A stretch of DNA of 64,000 bases from positions 9,831-73,830 of the forward strand of contig SUUQ01000007.1 in NCBI GenBank assembly GCA_015062445.1. Reading direction: 5' to 3'. Each line of letters opens with the position of its first letter. Position 1 is the stretch's first letter. A model generated the notes under the pieces. That model made no database searches. It was not told the origin of the DNA and saw only the letters and a program-made list of their open reading frames with translations. Made by a program: the position numbers and the translations under genes. The DNA is from Alphaproteobacteria bacterium. Its GTDB lineage: Bacteria; Pseudomonadota; Alphaproteobacteria; Rs-D84. This document shows, in pieces, positions 29,195 to 36,759 of the stretch.

Positions 29195-29372
29195 ATTAAC
29201 AAAAAACCGCCAATGATAAACAAAAGCGGTTGGAGGTTAAAGACTATTCGAATAGATAGTGCTGTTTATTTATATATATCACAGCCCCCCAACCAATGTT
29301 GGAGATAATGTTTATGTCATCCCTGACAATTCGAACGGGTCTTTACACCCCACACCGTTTTTTTCAGTGCCA
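29195..29372 (-). ncRNA. Structured attenuator/antisense leader, copy B
   Basis: On the minus strand taaagac pairs with gtcttta, ttcgaat with attcgaa, ggttggggg with cctccaacc; terminator aaccgc/gcggtt plus U-tract just before the HTH SD. Confidence 0.72.
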
Positions 29373-29679
29373 ACAAATTATACCTGATACTTTTCTTAGA
29401 TTCAAATAAATTATTCATTGCTGTATTTATTTTCAAAAAATCCCCCGATTGGGGGATTTTTTTATTTCGCCGTTTACATAAAATCATTGTTAACCCATTT
29501 GTCATAATGCGTTCAACAATCTTTTCCGGCATCAGCATTTTACCGTTTTCAATTCGTATCAAATCACGATGAGACACCCCCAGCATGTTTGCACATTGGC
29601 ATCTTTTCAGGTTCAAAGTATTGCGTGCATGTCGCAGGTAATGACCAAAGTATTTGGTGTCTACTAAAACAACTGCCAT
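29317..29679 (-). CDS. XRE/Cro-like HTH protein, copy 2; stop codon lost, 48-aa read-through extension
   Basis: First 72 aa identical to copy 1; TAA replaced by AAA. Confidence 0.8.
   Translation of the reverse strand: MAVVLVDTKYFGHYLRHARNTLNLKRCQCANMLGVSHRDLIRIENGKMLMPEKIVERIMTNGLTMILCKRRNKKIPQSGDFLKINTAMNNLFESKKSIRYNLLALKKTVWGVKTRSNCQG
29377..29405 (-). promoter_or_regulatory. Sigma70 promoter of leader B
   Basis: TTGAAT, 17 bp, TATAAT. Confidence 0.8.
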
Positions 29680-29699
29680 TTTTATCCTCCATGTTTTTT

Positions 29700-29866
29700 G
29701 ATTAACAAAAAACCGCCAATGATAAACAAAAGCGGTTGGAGGTTAAAGACTACAAGTAAGAGTAGTGTTGCTTATTCAACATATTCACAACCCTCCAACC
29801 ATCCTGGTCGGAGAAATTTATACTTACTTTCGGGTCTTTACACCCCACACCGTTTTTTCAGTGCCA
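29700..29866 (-). ncRNA. Structured attenuator/antisense leader, copy C
   Basis: On the minus strand taaagac pairs with gtcttta, aagtaag with cttactt, ggttggagg with cctccaacc; same terminator as copy B. Confidence 0.72.
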
Positions 29867-29870
29867 ACAA

Positions 29871-29899
29871 ATTATACCTGACACTTTTCTTAGATTCAA
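29871..29899 (-). promoter_or_regulatory. Sigma70 promoter of leader C
   Basis: TTGAAT, 17 bp, TATAAT. Confidence 0.8.
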
Positions 29900-29954
29900 A
29901 TAAATTATTCATCGCTGTATTTATTTTCAAAAAATCCCCCAGACGGGGGATTTT

Positions 29955-31316
29955 TTAACCGTTTACAATTTCCAGTATTCTGTTTTTTACATCTGAAATT
30001 GCGATTCTTTCTTGCTCCATCGTATCACGGTGCCGCAGGGTTACGGTATTATCTTCCATTGTTTGATGGTCGACAGTGATACATACCGGTGTACCGATTT
30101 CATCATGTCTGCGATAGTTTTTACCGATATTTCCCGAATTTTCCAGTTCAATTCGTCCGATACCCAATTTACGCAGGTCGCCCACAATACCGTTTGAAAT
30201 TTCCAACAGTTCTGGCACGTTTCGGGCCAGTGGTATAACTGCGGCCTTGACCGGTGACAACTGTGGTTTCAGTTTTAACACCGTACGTGATTTTCCATCC
30301 CCCAGGTCTTCTTCCTCATACGCCTCTATCATGACTGCCAGCATGGCACGATTGACCCCCATTGCAGTTTCGATAACGTACGGGATAAAGTTTTCACCAC
30401 TTTGTGGGTCAGAATATGACAGTTTTGTTGTACTGTCTTTATTTTCCAGAACGTTTGCATTGATTTTGAAATCTTTTTGTCCCTTGGTATGCGACCCCAG
30501 GTCAAAGTCCTGGCGGTTATGAATACCTTCGACTTCGTCAAAACCATCTGGGAATGCATATTCGATGTCCACTGCGGCCTTGGCATAGTGCGCCAATTTT
30601 TCATGTGGCATAAAGCGTAATTTGTCGGCTGGTATCCCCAGAACATCAATCCACCATGCCATACGTTGTTCCATCCACATCTGGTGGAATTTTTCGTCAT
30701 CGGCGGGGTTAACAAAGTACTGCATTTCTGCCTGTTCAAATTCCCGCATACGGAACACAAATCCACGTGGCGAAATTTCGTTACGGAATGCCTTGCCGAT
30801 TTGTGCGATACCGAACGGCAGTTTATGTGGTTTTGCATCCAACACGTTTTTAAAGTTCGTATATGTTGTTGTTGCGGTTTCTGGTCGCAGATATGCATTA
30901 ATTGCCCCATCTGCAGTTGCCCCGATGGACAGTCCCATCATCAATTGGTACGCACGTGGTTCTGTGATGTCTGTGCTGCCACAGTTATCACATTTTGTTT
31001 GGTCACGCATTTTATCCTGACGCATACGTGCCCCACATTTTTTACATTCGACCAGTGGGTCTGAAAAACCAGCTTCGTGTCCAGAATATTTCCACAACAG
31101 GCGGTTTGAAATCAGTGCCGCATCCAGTCCTTCGATATCATCACGTGAATAAATCATGGCATTCCACCATGCGTTTCGGATATTTTTCATCAGTTCCACG
31201 CCATACGGTCCAAAGTCGTATGCGCCACCCAATCCGCCGTAAATTTCAGAACCTGTGAAAATAAATCCGCGTCTTTTACAAAGTGCGACAATATCATTAA
31301 CTGTTTTTGCTGGCAT
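29955..31316 (-). CDS. glyQS: Glycine--tRNA ligase, homodimeric (alpha2) type
   Basis: LCKRRGFIF.GSEIYGG, YLRPETA, QIGKAFRNEI.PR, FRMREFEQ and GNIGKNYRRHDEIGTP motifs. Confidence 0.95.
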   Translation of the reverse strand: MPAKTVNDIVALCKRRGFIFTGSEIYGGLGGAYDFGPYGVELMKNIRNAWWNAMIYSRDDIEGLDAALISNRLLWKYSGHEAGFSDPLVECKKCGARMRQDKMRDQTKCDNCGSTDITEPRAYQLMMGLSIGATADGAINAYLRPETATTTYTNFKNVLDAKPHKLPFGIAQIGKAFRNEISPRGFVFRMREFEQAEMQYFVNPADDEKFHQMWMEQRMAWWIDVLGIPADKLRFMPHEKLAHYAKAAVDIEYAFPDGFDEVEGIHNRQDFDLGSHTKGQKDFKINANVLENKDSTTKLSYSDPQSGENFIPYVIETAMGVNRAMLAVMIEAYEEEDLGDGKSRTVLKLKPQLSPVKAAVIPLARNVPELLEISNGIVGDLRKLGIGRIELENSGNIGKNYRRHDEIGTPVCITVDHQTMEDNTVTLRHRDTMEQERIAISDVKNRILEIVNG

Positions 31317-31432
31317 ATTAAACCCCCAATATTATTATTCGGTTATATATTAAACTGATTTTAGTATTTTGCAAGTGTGGAAATAGTTATTGTAAAAAAA
31401 AACCGCCACATTGGCGGTTATATTTTTTCTGA

Positions 31433-31612
31433 TTACATATCTGGTGTAATCGCCCCCATTGGGCAAACAGACGCACATGTTCCGCACGAAATACATTTTG
31501 ATTTATCGATTATGTACTTTCCATCTGGCCCTTGCGAGATTGCGCCCACAGGGCACATACCCGCACATGTTCCACAGCCGATGCATTTTGTTGGATCAAT
31601 TTTGTATGCCAT
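31433..31612 (-). CDS. 2x[4Fe-4S] ferredoxin (59 aa)
   Basis: MAYKIDPTKCIGCGTCAGMCPVGAISQGPDGKYIIDKSKCISCGTCASVCPMGAITPDM; two CxxCxxCxxxCP motifs; SD AGGAG. Below ORF-track cutoff. Confidence 0.95.
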   Translation of the reverse strand: MAYKIDPTKCIGCGTCAGMCPVGAISQGPDGKYIIDKSKCISCGTCASVCPMGAITPDM

Positions 31613-31644
31613 TTTATTTTTTCTCCTGTTTTATTATTTTTGAT

Positions 31645-32346
31645 TTAGTCACGGTTCAGCAAGCTTAACACATATTGGAACATTGCGACAAATGAAATAT
31701 ACAAATGCAATGCCCCCAGTACTGCCAACTGGTTTTTTTGTCTGTCATCACCCAGTACAGCATATGCGTGTTTCAAATTCTGCATATCATATGCTGTAAA
31801 CAGTGCAAATATTAATACACCAACCAGGCAAACGATTGTTCCAAATGCGCCCCCCATTATTGCCGGCCAGAAAAATGAAGCAATTCCAACCAGTATTAAA
31901 CCAATCATACCGATAAACAAGAACGTCCCCAAGAACGACAGGTTTTTAACTGTCTTGTATCCGAACAGTGCCATACATGCGAACATAACCGCTGCGATAA
32001 TAAATGCCGCCAGTATTGTAAATGGATTATTTGTAATCGCAACCAGCAACAGTGGTGTCATTGTAATACCAATCAATACTGCATACAGTGCCAGCAGCCA
32101 TGCCGCCGAACTGGGTTTCATACTAAATACCCGCACCTGGGCCCATATTGACAGTGCCAGCCCGCCGAACAACAGTACATAGTACAGCCCCGACAGTCCA
32201 TTTGCTGTAAACAGCACCGTCCACAGCGGTGTTGCCATTGTTAAAAACGATGCGACTGCGGTCAGTCCTACCGCCCCGAACATCAGCGCAAAGATACGCT
32301 TCAAATATAAATCAATACCATTATTATTTAGTTTTTTTACAGTCAT
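31645..32346 (-). CDS. Bax inhibitor-1/YccA family membrane protein
   Basis: Seven hydrophobic helices; FALFTAYDMQNLK and ALHLYISFV motifs. Confidence 0.88.
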   Translation of the reverse strand: MTVKKLNNNGIDLYLKRIFALMFGAVGLTAVASFLTMATPLWTVLFTANGLSGLYYVLLFGGLALSIWAQVRVFSMKPSSAAWLLALYAVLIGITMTPLLLVAITNNPFTILAAFIIAAVMFACMALFGYKTVKNLSFLGTFLFIGMIGLILVGIASFFWPAIMGGAFGTIVCLVGVLIFALFTAYDMQNLKHAYAVLGDDRQKNQLAVLGALHLYISFVAMFQYVLSLLNRD

Positions 32347-32421
32347 TGTCAGATTTCTCCTTGTTATTCAGAAAAAATATAATACAATGACCTGGCAATT
32401 TCAAGACCAAAAGGATTAAAT

Positions 32422-32637
32422 ATGCCAACATTACATCAGTCACACGTTACCCACCAGATTAAACAGCGCGGTGCAAAACCTGATTTGCGTACTGCACCAT
32501 CAAAGTCAACGGTAAATGCTGATATTAAAAAAATGCTGGCAGATGCAGAACAGCGATTGAAAACAGAAACTGATCCCGCCAAGGTTGCGAAATTAAATCA
32601 AATAATCTCTAATCTCAGTGCACATATAAAAGGATAA
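32422..32637 (+). CDS. Small hypothetical protein
   Basis: 71-aa ORF with SD-like AAGGA. Confidence 0.55.
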   Translation: MPTLHQSHVTHQIKQRGAKPDLRTAPSKSTVNADIKKMLADAEQRLKTETDPAKVAKLNQIISNLSAHIKG

Positions 32638-32640
32638 AAA

Positions 32641-32901
32641 ATGGTAAATGGATATCAACCATACACGATTGCTGCATGTCGTCAGTTAACAAATGCAGAA
32701 TGTAAAAACGCAACAGAAACATTGGCTGGTGCTGCAACACGCAGAATCGCATTAATTGGTTTGCATGGCAAACTGAATGAATTGCAGAAACGACACGAAC
32801 AAGAACTGTGTAAAACAAAACCAGATGTGAAATTGATTAAACGTATCGAAGAAAAAATTACTGCTATTACAAATACATTAAACAACTGCAAAATCAGATA
32901 A
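32641..32901 (+). CDS. Small hypothetical helical protein
   Basis: 86-aa ORF in operon position before lgt. Confidence 0.55.
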   Translation: MVNGYQPYTIAACRQLTNAECKNATETLAGAATRRIALIGLHGKLNELQKRHEQELCKTKPDVKLIKRIEEKITAITNTLNNCKIR

Positions 32902-32912
32902 TATAAACATAC

Positions 32913-33710
32913 ATGTCTATAACGATTAATCCGATATCACCGGTTGCGTTTTCAGTATTTGGTTTGGATGTGCGCTGGTATGCGCTGGCATACGTTGCGG
33001 CATTTGTGGTTGGGTATTGGCTGTTTTGTCGTCTGATGCGTCGGCAAGACAGCATGATACACCTGACCAAAGCGCAAATGGACGATTTGTTAACTGCGGT
33101 GATTGTTGGTGTGATATTGGGTGGTCGTTTGGGGTATGTTTTGTTTTACGATTTGGGGTATTTTTTATCGCATCCGTTGGAAATATTTGCGGTTTGGCAT
33201 GGCGGGATGAGTTTTCATGGTGGTCTGATTGGTGTGATTGCATCAATATTCATCTTTGCCCGCCGCAAGCATGTAAACGCATGGTCTGTTCTGGATTTGA
33301 TGTCAGTTGTTGCCCCGATTGGTCTGTTTTTTGGTCGCATTGCAAACTTTATAAATCGTGAAGTTATGGGGCGCCCCACAGACGTTCCATGGGCGGTTGT
33401 TTTCAGTGGCGATACCCCAATTCCCCGCCACCCCAGCCCATTATACGAAGCCGCCACCGAAGGTGTTGTATTGTTTGTCATAATGTATTGCCTGTACCGT
33501 TATACGGGGCTACGCAGGCATCCAGGGGCCTTGGGTGGGATAATGGGCATGTGCTATGCGGTATTTCGCATGTTTTGCGAGATGTTCCGTGCCCCTGATG
33601 TCCAGATTGGATTTTTGACATCTTGGGGTCTGACGATGGGTCAGTTATTATCGCTTGTAATGTTTTTATGTGGATTGGGAATTTTTGTATTTGCAATTCG
33701 CAAAAAATAA
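32913..33710 (+). CDS. lgt: Prolipoprotein diacylglyceryl transferase
   Basis: VRWYALAY, GGRLGYVLFY, HGGMSFHGG, GRIANFIN.E..GR and RHPSPLYE motifs. Confidence 0.96.
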   Translation: MSITINPISPVAFSVFGLDVRWYALAYVAAFVVGYWLFCRLMRRQDSMIHLTKAQMDDLLTAVIVGVILGGRLGYVLFYDLGYFLSHPLEIFAVWHGGMSFHGGLIGVIASIFIFARRKHVNAWSVLDLMSVVAPIGLFFGRIANFINREVMGRPTDVPWAVVFSGDTPIPRHPSPLYEAATEGVVLFVIMYCLYRYTGLRRHPGALGGIMGMCYAVFRMFCEMFRAPDVQIGFLTSWGLTMGQLLSLVMFLCGLGIFVFAIRKK

Positions 33711-33735
33711 TGTACAATACCTGCCGTTGACACTA

Positions 33736-33813
33736 AACAAAACCGCAGGTTGAAAGACCGGCGGGAAATAGAGTTTAGGATGGTTGGCAGAGCGGTCGAA
33801 TGCGGCGGTCTTG
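33736..33813 (+). repeat. 78-bp direct repeat: leader plus 5' half of tRNA-Ser, ending in the anticodon loop
   Basis: Matches 33891-33968 apart from a few leader bases; tRNA part 33778-33813 identical up to CTTG. Confidence 0.93.
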
Positions 33814-33932
33814 CATACGAGTAAGTAAGGCAAACGCAGTGTGGCCGAACGCTAACGAGTGGTGAGCAGCACCGCCAGGTGCGGTCAGCGAACAAAACCG
33901 TAGGTTGAAAGACCGGCGGGAAATGAAGTTTA

Positions 33933-34022
33933 GGATGGTTGGCAGAGCGGTCGAATGCGGCGGTCTTGAAAACCGTTGTGGGGGCAACTCCACCGGGGGT
34001 TCGAATCCCTCACCATCCGCCA
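33933..34022 (+). tRNA. tRNA-Ser (TGA)
   Basis: GGATGGTTGGCAGAGCGGTCGAATGCGGCGGTCT-TGA-AAACCGT...long variable arm...GGTTCGAATCCCTCACCATCCGCCA; 90 nt. Confidence 0.96.
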
Positions 34023-34064
34023 TAAAAATCAAATCGGCTTTATGCCGATTTTATTTTGTAATTA

Positions 34065-34081
34065 TGGACCAATTTTGTCCA
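34065..34081. promoter_or_regulatory. Putative operator TGGAC-N7-GTCCA, copy 1
   Basis: tggaccaattttgtcc is identical to 38642-38657; lies upstream of the island operon. Confidence 0.65.
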
Positions 34082-34126
34082 TTTTGTTCCCTATACTGTA
34101 TTGTGAAATAACAAACAGGATAGAAA

Positions 34127-34480
34127 ATGAGAGCAAAAAATTTAAAGTTTACTTATAAAAATGTATGTAATTTTATTGCATGGTTAACCCAGTATTATCG
34201 CAACAAGTATCAAAATGCACCCATGGCGGAACTGGATGGTATGCCCATTGATAAAATTGCCCAGGAACGTTGGGATTCTGTTATGGGAAACACTCGGTTT
34301 ATTTTGGGTGTAACGGGCGAAACTGATTTGGCAAATCCAGCGAAAAAACAGTTATGGTTAAATTTCGAAGAATATGTTCGTGATTCTGACGGCGATGACT
34401 GGGCATTATCCCAAGATGCCGAACCAATCCCCGCCGAATTATTTAATCAGTACATCAACAGTTGTGCATTTGCAGGATAA
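34127..34480 (+). CDS. Hypothetical protein, first gene of island operon
   Basis: 117-aa ORF, SD AGGA. Confidence 0.65.
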   Translation: MRAKNLKFTYKNVCNFIAWLTQYYRNKYQNAPMAELDGMPIDKIAQERWDSVMGNTRFILGVTGETDLANPAKKQLWLNFEEYVRDSDGDDWALSQDAEPIPAELFNQYINSCAFAG

Positions 34481-34494
34481 AATTGGGGTGCAGT

Positions 34495-35745
34495 ATGAAT
34501 ATATGTGTACATCGTGGTACGAACGAGATTGGTGGTAATTGTATAGAATTGGCGACTGCGTCCAGCCGAATTTTGTTGGATGTTGGTTTGCCTTTGTCAT
34601 CCATGGTTGATAACAAACCATTGGATGAATATCGGGTGCCCGTATCGGGGCTGTATGTGGACCAGTCCCCAGATATCGATGCGATATTTATAACGCACGG
34701 GCACCCCGACCATTATGGATTGTTGCCGCTGATAAATCCAAAAATTCCAGTTTACATGACGCGTGCAGTCCGTCAGACACTGTTGCAGATTCAGCCCCTG
34801 TTGCCGGGTGATTTTGATATATCGCACTTAGATATTCGTGAAATTGTCCCCGGTCATCCAGTTCAGGTTGGTGATTTTACAGTTATTGCCCATTTGGTTG
34901 ATCATGCACCTGCATCTGTGTCGTATGAAATATCAGACGGCAAAACCCGTATTGTCTATACGGGGGACATTCGTTTTCATGCGACCATGGCACGTTCATC
35001 GTGGCGATTGGCATCGGCTGCGAAAAATCCGGATTATTTGATTGTCGAAGGTACCCGTTTATCACGCACAGATGACGTTGTCAATGAACGGTATCAGACC
35101 GAAGACGCGGTCTGTGCTGGCATAACAGACCTGTTGCGTGATTCTGGCAAATTGGCATACATCAGTATGTCATCCCAGAACCTGGACAGATTATGTTCTG
35201 TAATCCGTGCATGTTGTCGCACAGGGCGCACATTTGTGATTGACCCATATACGGCGGCACTGTTGGATATATATCATGACTGTTTTCCGTCTGTGCCGAA
35301 TCTGGACATGTTAAAGAACGTTAGAATTTATTACGGCATCAGTGACACAATTGCCGAAAAAATGAAATCTGCCGGCATATTTTATCGGCATAAATTGCAC
35401 AAAATTTCTGCAGATGAAATCCTGGACAATCCGGGGCAGTATGTGATTAAATATAACTGGCGGTTATCAGATTGGTTGGTACGCAATGGTGTGACGGATT
35501 ATAACTTTATTTATTCAATGTGGTACGGCTATATGCACCAGCAGGACACCTGGGCCCCCCACATGGATAAATTGGTTCAGATTCACACATCCGGCCACGC
35601 ATCGCGTGATGCACTGGCCAAGTTTGTTCGGCGAATTGCCCCGAAACAAATTATTCCGGTACACACCGAATGCAAGGACGATTTTGAATCAGTATTTGGT
35701 GTACCATCACTGGTATTGGACGACAATGAAGTACAAAGGTTATAA
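34495..35745 (+). CDS. MBL-fold/beta-CASP metallohydrolase (RNase J-like)
   Basis: HRGTNEIGG, THGHPDHYG, VDHAP, YTGDIRFH, HTSGHA and IIPVHTE motifs. Confidence 0.9.
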   Translation: MNICVHRGTNEIGGNCIELATASSRILLDVGLPLSSMVDNKPLDEYRVPVSGLYVDQSPDIDAIFITHGHPDHYGLLPLINPKIPVYMTRAVRQTLLQIQPLLPGDFDISHLDIREIVPGHPVQVGDFTVIAHLVDHAPASVSYEISDGKTRIVYTGDIRFHATMARSSWRLASAAKNPDYLIVEGTRLSRTDDVVNERYQTEDAVCAGITDLLRDSGKLAYISMSSQNLDRLCSVIRACCRTGRTFVIDPYTAALLDIYHDCFPSVPNLDMLKNVRIYYGISDTIAEKMKSAGIFYRHKLHKISADEILDNPGQYVIKYNWRLSDWLVRNGVTDYNFIYSMWYGYMHQQDTWAPHMDKLVQIHTSGHASRDALAKFVRRIAPKQIIPVHTECKDDFESVFGVPSLVLDDNEVQRL

Positions 35746-35747
35746 CA

Positions 35748-36758
35748 ATGACACGATTTTTTAATGATAAAATGTTTGACAGATTAACAGGCGGCGATTT
35801 ACATCCGATGGTTCATGCCTTGCAAGATTTGCCCCAGTTGGTATTTATTCCCCGTGGTGGCTATGCGACAATTTATTACAAGGCGGCACGTTTATTCGAG
35901 ATAAAATCTGGTTTACGTAAGTGTAAGTGGATGTTTGGCATTACGAAAAAATATTGTGATAATGCAAAATTATTAGATCTGGACTGGTTTACCAAATGTA
36001 AGACCGATTTAGATTCAAAAGAACAGGACAAGTACAGGTTTAATCTGGATTTATCAAAATGTGATTATGATTTTTGGTATCGTTTTTTTGTCTGCATGAT
36101 GTGCGGTGTAAACATGCATCGTCTGCAGCATCGTGATGCAGAAAAAGAAATTCAACAACGAATAATGACAGAAAACAACACCGCCAGTATCAAAGAACCC
36201 ACAGATTATTTGGTTTTGGATATGGAATATCAGCAGCCCGGTGATCGTTCATACGGTCGTTTTGACATGGTTGCACTGCGGTGGCCTGGACACATGCGGA
36301 AAAATCCCGATTATCAACCTGAATTGGCATTGATAGAGGTTAAACATGGCTCTGGTGCACTGGCGGGTGCATCAGGCATGCAGGACCATTTGAACAAGAT
36401 AGATTGTTTCCGTCCAGATAAGAAATTTTATGATGGTCTGGACAAGATGCTGAACCAGATGCATCAATTGGGGTTGATAAAACTGCATTCCAAGATAAAA
36501 AAACCTATCAAGGTAAATCGTAAAGCAAAAAAACAGTTTATTTTTGCACTGGGTAATTACAGTCAAAAATCACATGAATTGCACAACATCGTAAAACAGA
36601 TGCAGGAACCAAAAAACTATCAGTTGCGTTTTGTGACTTCGTCGTTTATTGGGTATGGTCTGTACGAAGATGGCATGATGACATTGCCCCAGTTCCGTGA
36701 TTTATTGGCGGTATATGATTCTGCCACAGACTGTGGGAATCAGTCGCAGGGGGCATAA
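35748..36758 (+). CDS. Putative PD-(D/E)XK-family nuclease
   Basis: DMEY...GRFDMVAL...LALIEVKHG matches the E..D..ExK catalytic spacing. Confidence 0.6.
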   Translation: MTRFFNDKMFDRLTGGDLHPMVHALQDLPQLVFIPRGGYATIYYKAARLFEIKSGLRKCKWMFGITKKYCDNAKLLDLDWFTKCKTDLDSKEQDKYRFNLDLSKCDYDFWYRFFVCMMCGVNMHRLQHRDAEKEIQQRIMTENNTASIKEPTDYLVLDMEYQQPGDRSYGRFDMVALRWPGHMRKNPDYQPELALIEVKHGSGALAGASGMQDHLNKIDCFRPDKKFYDGLDKMLNQMHQLGLIKLHSKIKKPIKVNRKAKKQFIFALGNYSQKSHELHNIVKQMQEPKNYQLRFVTSSFIGYGLYEDGMMTLPQFRDLLAVYDSATDCGNQSQGA

Positions 36759-36759
36759 A

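Larger units (their letters stand above)
28935..29955. repeat. Tandem duplication of ~500-bp cassettes (hairpin, HTH gene, RNA leader, promoter)
   Basis: tccccc-N4-ggggga hairpins at 28935, 29441 and 29935 (spacing 506 and 494 bp) bound two homologous units. Confidence 0.92.

Noticed and set aside
29195-29866. T-box or metabolite riboswitch reading of the leaders next to glyQS
   Set aside because: They lie downstream of glyQS, have their own promoters, lack the T-box UGGNACC antiterminator bulge, and their conserved feature is co-varying self-complementarity rather than fixed ligand-binding nucleotides.
29698-29958. 86-aa plus-strand ORF over leader C
   Set aside because: Antisense to the RNA leader and promoter; not conserved in the cassette 1 copy.
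31377-31668. 88-aa and 69-aa plus-strand ORFs
   Set aside because: Shadows of the minus-strand ferredoxin at 31433-31612.
33778-34022. Intron-containing tRNA, tRNA-Ala(TGC) or two-piece tmRNA
   Set aside because: The first copy has no anticodon-stem 3' arm, T-arm or acceptor 3' end; the intervening DNA contains a second complete 5' half; no group I core or tmRNA tag frame seen.
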